The notes beneath the pieces were generated by a model. It was not told where the DNA came from. It saw only the letters and a program-made list of their open reading frames with translations, and searched no databases. Made by a program: the position numbers and the translations under genes. A stretch of 59,949 bases of DNA, counting the filler, from Dimargaris cristalligena (Eukaryota): the NCBI GenBank assembly GCA_003614675.1. It is 7 parts of 7 records of this genome, joined end to end, with 100 filler letters (N's around TTAATTAATTAA, not from the genome) between each part and the next. Parts side by side here need not be neighbours in the genome. Positions count along the whole stretch, not along the records: positions 17,256 to 25,743 come from ML003324.1; positions 25,844 to 34,310 come from ML003325.1; positions 34,411 to 42,866 come from ML003326.1; 4 more parts are not named here. One strand, given 5' to 3'. Shown here one piece after another: positions 23,619-34,412 of the stretch (its first letter is position 1; each line of letters starts with the position of its first letter).

Positions 23619-25577
23619 ATGTCGCTGGATTACAACACGCTCGTCCTGGGCACCCTCACCAGTGCCGTGGCCTACTTCTACTTCAAGCTGTCCACCGAGG
23701 CCGATGTGCACCCCATGGTGCTGCAGCAGCAAAGTGACGTGGCCCCCATTCGCCAGCCCAACGAAAGTAGCGTGTACCGTTCCAAGCAGACCCCCGATGG
23801 AGTTCCGCTATTAGGCGAACGGGACCACCAACTTCCGACCTCTATGGTCGACTTCTGGGCCCAGGCCGCGGCGGCTCTGCCGGATAAGGCGTTTTTGCAC
23901 CATAAAGACCCCCAGCGGCCGGGCGACACCTCCGAATCGACCCAGTTCGTCAACCTGCCCTACCGGGTGTTCCAGGAACGCCTGCATCGAGTAACGCGGG
24001 GCCTGGCCGCCCAGTTGCTGCCCTTGCCCGGGGAAAAGCCGGCTATAGATACTGCTTCCCCGCCCCGGGTGGCCCTGCTTTTACCCAATTCGGCGGAATG
24101 GCTACTAACCTATTACGCTCTGCTGCGACTGGGCTGCGTGGTGGTTCCGTTGTATACCCAATGGTCAACCGACCAACTAGCGACCATTCTCCAACGGGCC
24201 CAAGTGGACACCGTCGTATTGCCCGAAGTATCGTCCATGGCTGCAGTTACCGCCGTGGCCAGTACGGCTTCGATTATCCGTATTGTTAGTGTACCCGGCC
24301 TGCCGCTAGAAAAGACTAACGCTGATATCCGGACCTCCGGAGACGCCGGGGCCCTAACGCCCGAGGAAACCACCCGGGTATTCGTGACCCTCACTGATAC
24401 CCTCAAAGACCCCCGATTCAAGCATATCCAGTTTTCGGACTTGGAGCTGTCCGAAGACTCGGCCGCCGTAGCCCTTTCGATTGACGACCTGACAATGCCC
24501 GAACCCGACCAATTGGCCCAGATCATGTACAGCTGCGACGACGAAAACCAGTTGCATGGCGTGGCCAGCACCCACCGCCAGCTCCAAGTGTCGGTGGCCG
24601 CGTTCAATAGTCAGTTCCCGCCCAAGGAACGCCTGCGTTCCGAGGACCGCTACATGGTAGTGGGGGCGCTGGCTGAACCGGCGGCCCTACCCATTTGCCA
24701 CGCGGCCGCCCAGGCGGGCGCCAGTATTCTTCTGGGCTACTACCCCACGATCGAATCCGTCAGCAACGACGCGTACCGGGCCCGGCCGACCTATATCTAC
24801 ATGGCCACCCCGCTTTTCAACGGCCTCTATTTCGCTTTTCAAGACCACATCGACCGCTTCGCTTCTCTCGAGGGCTACCTGTGCAAGATCAGTATCGAAC
24901 AGAAGCGAAAGTTAGTGCAGGCCGGTCGGTTAGTGAGCCACTCCCTCTGGGACTATGTGTACTTCCGCCACTTCCGGGCTTCCTTGGGCAGTTTGGTGCG
25001 CGTCATTCAGACCGACGGGGTACACGCTACTTGGGGTGCGGCGGAATTCATTCGGAGTATGCTGGCCTGTCAGGTCATACTCACCCAGGGCGTCGCCCGG
25101 ACCGGCGATTTTAGCACGGCTACCCAAATATACGATTATACCGAGCCCTACGGTCAACACGTAGGCGCGCCTCTGGCGGTCAATGAACTTAAGCTGGTCA
25201 ATACCGGGGCCTACACCACCATCGAGGGGCACGGCTCTCCGGCCAGTGCGGACAACCCTCGCGGCGAGCTTCGGGTCCGGGGTCCCAATGTTCTGGCCGA
25301 GGTCACCGACAGCGGCGCGGTTCTGCCAGTTGATACTGGCCGCCAATGGGTACCCACCGGTCGGGTGGCCGAAATCCTCCCCAACTGTACGTTCAAAATC
25401 TTGGGGTCAGCGGTTACTTACCGGGCCCTGAAACAATCGGGTCGCTACGTAGCCTTGGCTGAACTGGAAAATATTTACCGTACCAGTCGGTTGGTTTCCC
25501 AGATCTGCTTGTTCCCCGGTCAGGATGGGGAAGCCCTGAAGGCCGTTATTTTCCCACATCATTTCGCGATGTACCAG
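23619..25577 (+). CDS. Long-chain acyl-CoA synthetase-like (ANL superfamily) protein with degenerate motifs; exon 1, 3' end probably off contig
   Basis: N-terminal TM segment; VALLLPNSAEW...LGCVVVPLY; HVGAPLAVNELKLV; NPRGELRVRGPNV; GRYVALAELENIY; donor CAG|GTAGGT at 25577/25578. Confidence 0.85.
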
Positions 25578-25743
25578 GTAGGTGACCCCGCTCGCCATTT
25601 ATTCAATTGTAGAAACACATCTATCTGGACCTAGCGTACCCTTCAATCAGTATTTGGTTGAGTAATTTAGTAGGGCCCGTGTTGTTTTTATATGTACATG
25701 GTTGGCTCGGCTAACCAGCATTTCAGCGTTTCTAACTTGATAT

Positions 25744-25843
25744 NNNNNNNNNNNNNNNNNNNNNNNNNNNNNNNNNNNNNNNNNNNNTTAATTAATTAAN
25801 NNNNNNNNNNNNNNNNNNNNNNNNNNNNNNNNNNNNNNNNNNN
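25744..25843. other. Artificial contig spacer
   Basis: N-run/TTAATTAATTAA/N-run, 100 bp. Confidence 0.98.
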
Positions 25844-25845
25844 CC

Positions 25846-28800
25846 GGGACAGCGTCGGCCGTCGGAAGTCACGGTCATCCGTCGCGTCCGCAATCAGCGG
25901 CCGGGTTGGTCCGTAAACTACCAGGTTTCCGCGATGCCGGTGATGGGCACAGCCATGAGAGTCCCGACCACGACGGGGGTGATGGTAGCCATGGTGACGG
26001 AGTCGATGGACACCAAATATTATCACGGATGGCCGCCCGCGCCCGGAATAGTTCTGCAATGACCGACGATGGTGACTATGATGATGACGAAGACGACGAC
26101 GAGGACGAAGACGAAGATATAGATACTGATTCGGACTTTCCTTCCTGTCGTTTATCGGGTCAGAGCTCCTGCGCCGAGAGCGGGGGTGATGGGGCCGCCA
26201 TGGAAGACTTCGATCACTCTCATTGCACTACCGGATCGGCCGGTGGATCGCGAATTTCAACTTGCAGTTCGGCGACGGGTAAGTGTGATGGTGGATCCGA
26301 TATTAAGATACTGCCTCCCAACGCTGGGGGCATATCCGAGATGGATGACTTGCGCCGTTCCATCGATCCCGCGCGAGCCGGCTCTACTATTGCCACCACT
26401 ACGTTGACTCTCAAAGAATCTTTGGCGGTTGCTTCGGCTGCGAACAATCGACGCCGGTCCCGGAGTGGTTTGAAGCGGGTGGGTGGTGGTGGTACCAGCG
26501 GTATATCTGCGCGCACCCGTCTGGGCAAAGGTCTGTTTCAGGCCCATCGCCCCGGCCGGTCGCGGGCGATTTTGCCAATGGATTACACCAGTCCCGTTAC
26601 CCTGGCCCAACGGGGTCGTACTTCTAGTTTCCTCCACAGCGTCGGGGCTTCCTTCCGATTCCTGGTCGACCATAGTGAGCTGCTAGCCGAGGCCGATGGT
26701 GAAGAAGGTCGGGGATATAATCCCTCGGCGGCCAACGCCAGTGCGGCCTCCGCCGCTGCCTATCCGCCTCTCGCAACTTACGATTGGGAACCCCCCACGG
26801 GGGCCTGTATCGTGTGCCAGGAGAATTTGGATTCGGGGACCATGTACGGTATGGTGGCGCTCATCCAGCGCTCCAAGCACCTGCGGAAGTTACCGCTCGG
26901 GGACCGCCGCTCCATTCTGGATATCCTGGACCTCCCGGAATCCCTAGACACGGAATGCCCCCGGCCTGCAGCTGTAGAAGTCCGGGGTGTTGAGGCGGCT
27001 TTTGACACCCACCCGCCTAATCCCGACGGCTTTCACATCCGCGGTTTCCCATCGAGCCATCTCGTGCCGGGCAAGTACATGTCCAGTTGTGGTCACATGA
27101 TGCACCTACACTGCTTCGACTCGTTCTACGCTACCATTGAAAACCGGCATAATAACCAACCCACCCGGAACGCCCCTGAGAATATTCTGCGCCGGGAGTT
27201 CATGTGCCCCTTCTGTAAGGCCCTGGGTAATGCGCTCATCCCGGCCTTCCACTTCGTACCCCAACTCAACCAGATTTTACCCCTTGGGGGTGAGCCGCAA
27301 TACTCGCTACCCGAGGCCCCGGCGGCGGCAACAGCCCTGGAGAAGCAGGATATACCACCCGAGGTATTACTATCCCTGGTCGCGGCAATCCGGGCCCGAC
27401 GTCAGTTACAGGAGGACGAGGATTATGATGACGACGACGAGAATAGCGACGAAAGCATTGAAGATAAGGAGCTGGTCGATTCGGAAGAGGAATTCGACAC
27501 TGGGGTCTCGCGGAGGACCACTAAAGCGGGCAATCAGAAATCCCACCGTACACCCGCCGACCATGGCCAGGCCTTTGGTCAGTTGCAAATGGGTCTAATG
27601 GCTAATGCCGTGGAACGGAAACTGTTTGGGACGTTGATTGACTTGCGCCTCTGTCTATCTAAGTTACGCCCCGGGGTCAGCTACGCCACCTCCTATTCCA
27701 GCCATTACGGATCGGACCCCTTCCCCGGCTATTCGGTCGACGACTATGGGGTGGGCACCAGCGCCGGCGTGGCGGCGGGACCCTCTTACCCGTCGTACAA
27801 CGGGGGCTATTACCAACCGCCCCCACCCCCGAATACGCGCCACGTGGGCGGAGGGGTCGGGAATCCCGCGGACCCCACGGCTCGCGGCGGGGTCTCCCGG
27901 GGAGGTGGTTCGGACATGAGCCCGGCTTTGCGTTCGGCGTCCCATGCTTTGAAGCCCCTGGACTTCCCGCGTACATCATCCTACTCGTACCCGCCTTGTG
28001 TGGAGGTTCGCCCCCAACCCCAATTCCCCCTGGCCCTATCGGTGATTACCCAGATTCGGCCGTGGTCTGACCCCACCGCCCAATCCGCCCTTACCCTGCG
28101 GGAAATGCTGGCCCAGGTCATTTATAATACCCCGCATCCCAATGACCGATCGAACAAGATTATCACTTGGGACCAGGTGCTCGACAGTGTGGATTTCGGT
28201 CCCACCTCCCAACACCAACCGTCGACATTGCCCTCGTCGTCATCGTCGATGCCACCCCATCCCGATAGCCTACATATGGGCGGGGGTTCTCAGACCACCT
28301 ATGAGCCACTGCCCCTCACCCCTGAGCTGTTTGGTCTAGAATCGGCCCCAGCCACCGAGGACGAGATGATCAGATCGATGACCCCACCCCTGGCCACCCC
28401 CCACCATTGGGCCGCGAAAGCTACAAACACCGCCGCTACGTCTTCGACAACTGGAATGGCGGAAATCGGTGACGATGTCACGGAATCCGAACTGGCCCAG
28501 GCTAGGGCTTTATGGGACGCAGCCATGTCAGCGGAGGCTGAACGCATGGCCATGGCCGAAAAATTGAAACACTCCAATTTTGCACTGAGCAATATCAACG
28601 ACATCAAAACCCTCTACTATCGCCTGGCTGATGTGATGCGAATCCATCTTAATAGCCAGGGTCTTAGCATGCAGGGCCAATACTTTGACAAATTGGCCAT
28701 TGATATGTTCTACTATACCGTCTCCAGCATTGAGGCTACTTATCGGGGCTCTCCACATACACACCAGACCGGAACGGTTTTGGACGGTATCAACGAGTCT

Positions 28801-31119
28801 ACGTTCACCATGCTGCACATGCTGTCTCAACTGATCCTGCATCTCTTCAACTTGATTCGGCACTCGAACTCCCGCCAGGAGTGGCTGAAACGTCCGACCC
28901 GGCAACGGGCTGCGTTATGGCTAACCAAGATCCTGCAGCCGCATTTGTTGTATAACCCAGCCGTCCTGGACCAACCGGCCAACGAATTGAGCTCATTTAC
29001 CCCTCCTGCGGTACCCGCCCACGCTACCAATACCTACCCGACTATGAGTGGAAGTCACCCCTATGCGCCAGCTCAACCGCCGGCCCCACCGGGCGATGGC
29101 TCATCGTTCACTTGGCCCGCCAGTAACCACGATATGCGTGGTCGACTAGAACCCAATCCCTACAATTACTATGGCCTAGGTTATAATTCGCTGGGAGGAC
29201 GGTTTTCGAATACCGGATATGATAATCTCCCGACCGTGCCGGATCCCACTACCATTCCCGAAGGACTCTTTTCATCCACTGCTGCATCAACGGCCAATGT
29301 GCTAACTACCGGCGACGTATTTGCACAGCCGTTCCTACTGGAAGACCCCTTCCAGGCCCTTGTGGAGGTGAGCATGTTTACTGTGCCCGAATATGGTTTG
29401 GATGTGCTGCCGCTGATTCCCTTATTCTTCACCGCGGAACTGACTCGTACCGTCCTGGGGCTCATTGAATCGGCGGTTCGACCGGATAAGAACGAGAAAC
29501 GCTCGTGGTTGGGCCAGGACATGGTTCGCAGTCAAGCGACCCTTAGACGCCTTGCCCGTCATTACCGGTCGTTCGATCGCTCGCGGTACGTGCGCTTCAC
29601 GCGCCGTCGCCCTCGCACCCCAGCGGCCCCCCAGGCCTCTAACCGTCCGGCCGAAACTATGGGTGAGGCCATCGGTAATTTAGATACCTCCGCGTATATC
29701 CCCTCCCCCCTAGGCAGTTCGAGCCGGAGCCAAGGCAAACGGCCGAGTTCGAATCGCCCGAGTCGGTTGCGGTCGGCCAAAACCCACACGCGATCGAACA
29801 GTCTTCGCATGAACCGACCCGAGTACCGGGCCATTAAGGAATTCGCCTGTTTTTTGATGGCGCAGATGCAGTTTACTCCTACGGAAATCACCGATTTCCG
29901 ATCCAAGATACCCGGTCTAGTGCTGGCCCGTCTCGTGCGGGGCCTGTGTTTACCATTCCTGCGCCGGGTTGTCATCTTGCTCTATACCCACTTCGGCGTT
30001 TCCTTCGCCAATGGTTACCCCTCGCGAGACATGTCCCGCGGAGCATCGCCCTCCCCATCGTCTGCGAAAGTGAGCGGCGAGGGCAATGATAGTAATTTTG
30101 GGTTGCCCGAAGAACTTCTCACCCCGACCACTTCCGGCCAGCTGGACGGGGATGGCCAACGAGCTTGGACCCAATATGCCGAATTCGACCGGCTTCTTTA
30201 CCTGCTCCGCCTACCGTCTCTGACAGACTTCTGCCGGCCGCCTAACGAATCGACAGTGGGTACCGATGATGCCGCGTCCCGGTTCTACTTATTCGCTTAC
30301 ATCAAAGCGTGGTGCTTACATTTACGGGCTACGGTGCCCCACGTGAATTCTCTGTTGAATCACTATAGCCGGGAGACGAGTAATGCGGGCCCCTCCACCC
30401 CCGCGGGTGGACCTGGAGCGGGCGCAGGAGTGCCGAGCGCTGGAAATATGGGTATGGGTTCCAGTGGTGGGTTGGCCGAGCCCACGTCTCTACGGCACTA
30501 CCAAACACCACCAACTCCACCAGTCAGTCATCCCCAACCAGCCACTTCCGCTACCGCTAACACCACTACCGCCACCACTGCGGACAACAGTGGTGCGGGA
30601 ACCGTAATGACAGTCCCCAAGTTAAACATTAAGATCCCACCCATCCCCCTGAACTCCCCCCATATCATGGAACTCACGGCCCTGCCGACCCGCTTCGATT
30701 TCCTATTCAACGCCAGTAATATTCAAAAATGCGTCATGTGTAAGAAACCCCCTTCGGACCCGGCCCTCTGTATGTTCTGCGGCCAATTCGTGTGTGTCCA
30801 GAGCTTCTGCTGCTCGGATGATTTCTACGGGGAGTGTAACTTACATGCCATGACCTGTAGCGGCCCGATTGGTATATTCCTGCTCGTGAAGAATAACTCC
30901 ACGCTATTGTTATGGAACTACAGTGGCTCGTTTATCGTGACACCCTACCGCGACTACCACGGCGAAATGGATTTGGGACTGAAGCGGGGCCGCCCTCTAT
31001 TCCTGGATCAGAAACGGTACGATGAGCTCCGTCGGACATGGTTGGCCCAGCAAGTTCCCAACACGGTTGCGCGGACGCTGGAGAATGTATTCGATACTGG
31101 GGGTTGGGTGACCTTATAA
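25846..31119 (+). CDS. UBR1: E3 ubiquitin ligase UBR1, C-terminal half (RING-H2 plus C-terminal Cys-rich domain), 5'-truncated
   Basis: Frame open from the contig edge; split RING CIVCQE...SSCGHMMHLHCF...EFMCPFCKALGN; C-terminus CVMCKKPPSDPALCMFCG...GECNLHAMTC...PYRDYHGEMDLGLKRGRPLFL. Confidence 0.93.
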   Translation, partial: GTASAVGSHGHPSRPQSAAGLVRKLPGFRDAGDGHSHESPDHDGGDGSHGDGVDGHQILSRMAARARNSSAMTDDGDYDDDEDDDEDEDEDIDTDSDFPSCRLSGQSSCAESGGDGAAMEDFDHSHCTTGSAGGSRISTCSSATGKCDGGSDIKILPPNAGGISEMDDLRRSIDPARAGSTIATTTLTLKESLAVASAANNRRRSRSGLKRVGGGGTSGISARTRLGKGLFQAHRPGRSRAILPMDYTSPVTLAQRGRTSSFLHSVGASFRFLVDHSELLAEADGEEGRGYNPSAANASAASAAAYPPLATYDWEPPTGACIVCQENLDSGTMYGMVALIQRSKHLRKLPLGDRRSILDILDLPESLDTECPRPAAVEVRGVEAAFDTHPPNPDGFHIRGFPSSHLVPGKYMSSCGHMMHLHCFDSFYATIENRHNNQPTRNAPENILRREFMCPFCKALGNALIPAFHFVPQLNQILPLGGEPQYSLPEAPAAATALEKQDIPPEVLLSLVAAIRARRQLQEDEDYDDDDENSDESIEDKELVDSEEEFDTGVSRRTTKAGNQKSHRTPADHGQAFGQLQMGLMANAVERKLFGTLIDLRLCLSKLRPGVSYATSYSSHYGSDPFPGYSVDDYGVGTSAGVAAGPSYPSYNGGYYQPPPPPNTRHVGGGVGNPADPTARGGVSRGGGSDMSPALRSASHALKPLDFPRTSSYSYPPCVEVRPQPQFPLALSVITQIRPWSDPTAQSALTLREMLAQVIYNTPHPNDRSNKIITWDQVLDSVDFGPTSQHQPSTLPSSSSSMPPHPDSLHMGGGSQTTYEPLPLTPELFGLESAPATEDEMIRSMTPPLATPHHWAAKATNTAATSSTTGMAEIGDDVTESELAQARALWDAAMSAEAERMAMAEKLKHSNFALSNINDIKTLYYRLADVMRIHLNSQGLSMQGQYFDKLAIDMFYYTVSSIEATYRGSPHTHQTGTVLDGINESTFTMLHMLSQLILHLFNLIRHSNSRQEWLKRPTRQRAALWLTKILQPHLLYNPAVLDQPANELSSFTPPAVPAHATNTYPTMSGSHPYAPAQPPAPPGDGSSFTWPASNHDMRGRLEPNPYNYYGLGYNSLGGRFSNTGYDNLPTVPDPTTIPEGLFSSTAASTANVLTTGDVFAQPFLLEDPFQALVEVSMFTVPEYGLDVLPLIPLFFTAELTRTVLGLIESAVRPDKNEKRSWLGQDMVRSQATLRRLARHYRSFDRSRYVRFTRRRPRTPAAPQASNRPAETMGEAIGNLDTSAYIPSPLGSSSRSQGKRPSSNRPSRLRSAKTHTRSNSLRMNRPEYRAIKEFACFLMAQMQFTPTEITDFRSKIPGLVLARLVRGLCLPFLRRVVILLYTHFGVSFANGYPSRDMSRGASPSPSSAKVSGEGNDSNFGLPEELLTPTTSGQLDGDGQRAWTQYAEFDRLLYLLRLPSLTDFCRPPNESTVGTDDAASRFYLFAYIKAWCLHLRATVPHVNSLLNHYSRETSNAGPSTPAGGPGAGAGVPSAGNMGMGSSGGLAEPTSLRHYQTPPTPPVSHPQPATSATANTTTATTADNSGAGTVMTVPKLNIKIPPIPLNSPHIMELTALPTRFDFLFNASNIQKCVMCKKPPSDPALCMFCGQFVCVQSFCCSDDFYGECNLHAMTCSGPIGIFLLVKNNSTLLLWNYSGSFIVTPYRDYHGEMDLGLKRGRPLFLDQKRYDELRRTWLAQQVPNTVARTLENVFDTGGWVTL

Positions 31120-32509
31120 AACTGCATTTTATACCCACCGTGCCCATTGTTATAGGATGATTGCCGAGTGTATCATTTACTCCCCCAGTTGAACTCTGCA
31201 TTGGCTTAGCTCAGCTCATTACTATCCGATATATTATAGTATTATGTACATGCTTATGTTACATTTATTGATTAATCTATCGCTACGCCTTTGATTACTT
31301 GCACTGTTCCCTCTAAGACGATTGAATACCTACCAATTCATTCTGCATTTTTAAACCTCGGTTAAATTTGGAACTCTTTAAATTATATATATCTAAATAA
31401 ACTTTATAATACCGCCCCATATATTGTTCATTAGTTTTGGATATATATATTTAAGACTGTTTTAGGGCGTGTGGTTCAATTATGTAATGAGCACCGGTTT
31501 CGTTCAGATCATTAGTAAATATCCGGGAAATGTAAAATATAGCTGATGGATAAAAATAACACCCACCACAATAAACCGATTCACATAGCGAGTGACCTAT
31601 TCCTAACCCTCGATTGCTATTCAGCCCACTAAGGGCAATGTAATTGAGAGTCAGCAAGTTCATGAAGGGTATTCCACGGAAATTAGTAATTCAATATGCG
31701 CAATACAGCATTAACTATCATTGTTAGCCTCATTAACGTCCCACGTAAAGCAAGCCTCCCACCGATGCCAATTGGCGAGTTTGGCACTGTAGAAACTAGT
31801 AGTTGTATCACCACGGATAAATGAAATGTATTTCCGAAGCGATACTAATGAGTTAAAGAATGAGAAGCATGTTGCTAAAAATGGATTATTAAAGAAAATA
31901 GACCGTGCCATGAAGCCACATTAGCCAAGCCCCGGTGGGTTTTATAAATGTCTCTAAACAATAGTTATGTCACAAATATTGGGTTCTTGGCAGTTGCGGC
32001 CCAACCTCAATATTTATTTTTAAAAATAAATAAATATACCCTGAACTACAGCCGCTGATCTGGTGGTCGAGAGGTGTATAAAAAGCCACTGATGATGGAT
32101 TGCATTAGCACGGCGATTATAATAATACAAAGAATGGCGAGGCGTTGGTGGGTATGCCGCGGCTAACGGAATGATATTGACTTATGAGCCAAACCTAATA
32201 GCCCCACTTGCCTGGTGGCTGACTTTCCAATTGACGCCGGTAGGGTGGCTCATTATACCACCCACCGCATTACATTGTAATACTATAACAATCCAGTTAC
32301 TATTTTCTTTGCCGAGTGACTTCATTTGGTTATTCAAACTATATCACCTCAAGCTAGAGCCACTTCCAAAATACTACCAAACATACTGTCATTTCACATT
32401 TGTCCATTTAGAAACCCGGGGTATAAATATTTGCCCTCATTCCAATCTTTACAAGTCAAGAAGAATATGTATTTATTAAAAATAAAATAAAATATTAAAG
32501 GGTAACTAA

Positions 32510-33754
32510 CTACCTGTCGGCTACCTGTTCAACGTATTCTCGATTAACGAGGTTGTTGAACTCTTCGGTAGTAATAAAATGTATCACTAACCGAGGAAGC
32601 GCCCTGCGGATCCCCATGAGCTGGGGCCGCGAGCGCTTGTATATGCTAAGCTGCCTTAGCCGCTGTAGCTTGCACAGTGCCGATTGGAACCATGCAAAGG
32701 CTACAAAGTTAATGGCCAGCCGCATGAATAGAATATTTTGAGAAGCAAATTCACCAGGGAAAAGAGCCCTAGTGAACACTTCATCCCGGTGACACAGATC
32801 AAAATGTGTCAACCGGAAACACCGGCCCAGGGCATACCGGATCTCCTTTTCATCACAAATGCAGTTAATTAACTGCAACTTGCGAAGTCTGGATCCAAGG
32901 AGATCCACAATGCTCTTCAGTAACCCACTACCAAGACCCACTTCGTTAAAAACGAGACTAGTGAGAAAGCTTGGAATTTCTGTGGTTAAGTAGCTGAAGC
33001 TGGTGTGGGTGCTGGCGGCTGATACCACTGAATGGTATGCAAACACGCCCTTCATAACTACCTTCCTCAAACCACCATGGCAAATGGTGCGTAAGAGGCC
33101 AAAGGGGTTATGGATTACTGTGTCCTGGAGAGTGAGGCACTGGAGCCGAGGGAATACATGTAAAAATGTAGCCCAATTAATGCCATCACAGTCGACTCCA
33201 CCTCCCAGGACAATCCTCTGGATCATATTAATGCCCGCTGTTCTGGGCATATTATAGGGGACCAGGCAAGGTGGTAAAAGTAGCCAAAATGGGATGTGGG
33301 CCGGGCAAATAATGCGCAGCTGTCTGATAAATCGGACAGTGCTTTGCAACAGCCGCCCCACCCAATTCAACAATTCGAGATGACGGATCTCGATGGTCAG
33401 GCATTGTAGACTGCCCAAGCAACCCATCATCATCCCGAATAAACCAACAAAAAGTTTGTCTTGGATGCCCCGACATTCCAAAACCAGCCTCAGATGCTCA
33501 ATCGAGGCCCGGTGGTTAACTAGGGTCCGGTAAGTGTCTTGAGCCGAATGGGTTGCGGTGGATACGCACACCTTTTTGAAGCAGTGGGGGCGTAGGGCCT
33601 CAGCATGGGCCCGGTTGGTGGACGCCAACGCCAGGATGTCCTCGTTCCGGGCATATCGGTTTAGGCGGACCCAGAATGTACGGCGAAGCTGGCGGGTTTC
33701 GGTCTCATTGGCGTTGGGGACGGTGAGGAATGGGGTGCTCGAGGTTGAAGACAT
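32510..33754 (-). CDS. F-box-like / leucine-rich-repeat (RNI-like) protein, 414 aa, intronless
   Basis: F-box-like FWVRLNRYARNEDILALASTNR...LRPHCFKKV followed by LxxLxL repeats (LQCLTI, LQCLTL, LRKLQL, LTHFDL, LRQLSI). Confidence 0.65.
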   Translation of the reverse strand: MSSTSSTPFLTVPNANETETRQLRRTFWVRLNRYARNEDILALASTNRAHAEALRPHCFKKVCVSTATHSAQDTYRTLVNHRASIEHLRLVLECRGIQDKLFVGLFGMMMGCLGSLQCLTIEIRHLELLNWVGRLLQSTVRFIRQLRIICPAHIPFWLLLPPCLVPYNMPRTAGINMIQRIVLGGGVDCDGINWATFLHVFPRLQCLTLQDTVIHNPFGLLRTICHGGLRKVVMKGVFAYHSVVSAASTHTSFSYLTTEIPSFLTSLVFNEVGLGSGLLKSIVDLLGSRLRKLQLINCICDEKEIRYALGRCFRLTHFDLCHRDEVFTRALFPGEFASQNILFMRLAINFVAFAWFQSALCKLQRLRQLSIYKRSRPQLMGIRRALPRLVIHFITTEEFNNLVNREYVEQVADR

Positions 33755-34310
33755 GGTTGGTCGGTAAAAGCGGGCAGGGTTCTTGAAAACGAGCGGGCGT
33801 TTGCTGAAAGATATGAATATTGGAAACTTTGAAAATGATAGAGTTGAAATCCAAAATGCACTGGCGGATTTTGCTTAGAGCGATTGATAGAGCGAGAGAC
33901 TTGGTGGTATAAGTAGTCAGATAACGGTGGTTGAAATGAGCTGATAATGGGTGTAAACGGTGGGCATATCCTCGTCTCTTTATATTCTAACCTTTGACTA
34001 GTGACATAGCAAGTGGATAAATCCAGCTGGACTTCGCTCATTCCACGGAGGTAGTACGCCTTGTCGTCAATTCGAGAAGGGTGAATAGTCAGCCACTCGA
34101 ACATCCTGGCCCCGGACTACCCACATCTACCTGTGTCTAGGAATGTCCGTCGAACCCATCGAACCCCATCGGTATTTTCCCACCCAAGTGATAATAAGTC
34201 CATGCAGCGGAGATATCCATATACCCCGCCCGGAAAATGGATAAGGCATTCACTATTCAAAAGGTGGCTTAGGATTGCTGCTGATCATGTTCGTATCTTC
34301 TTGGACCTCA

Positions 34311-34410
34311 NNNNNNNNNNNNNNNNNNNNNNNNNNNNNNNNNNNNNNNNNNNNTTAATTAATTAANNNNNNNNNNNNNNNNNNNNNNNNNNNNNNNNNN
34401 NNNNNNNNNN
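34311..34410. other. Artificial contig spacer
   Basis: N-run/TTAATTAATTAA/N-run, 100 bp. Confidence 0.98.
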
Positions 34411-34412
34411 GT

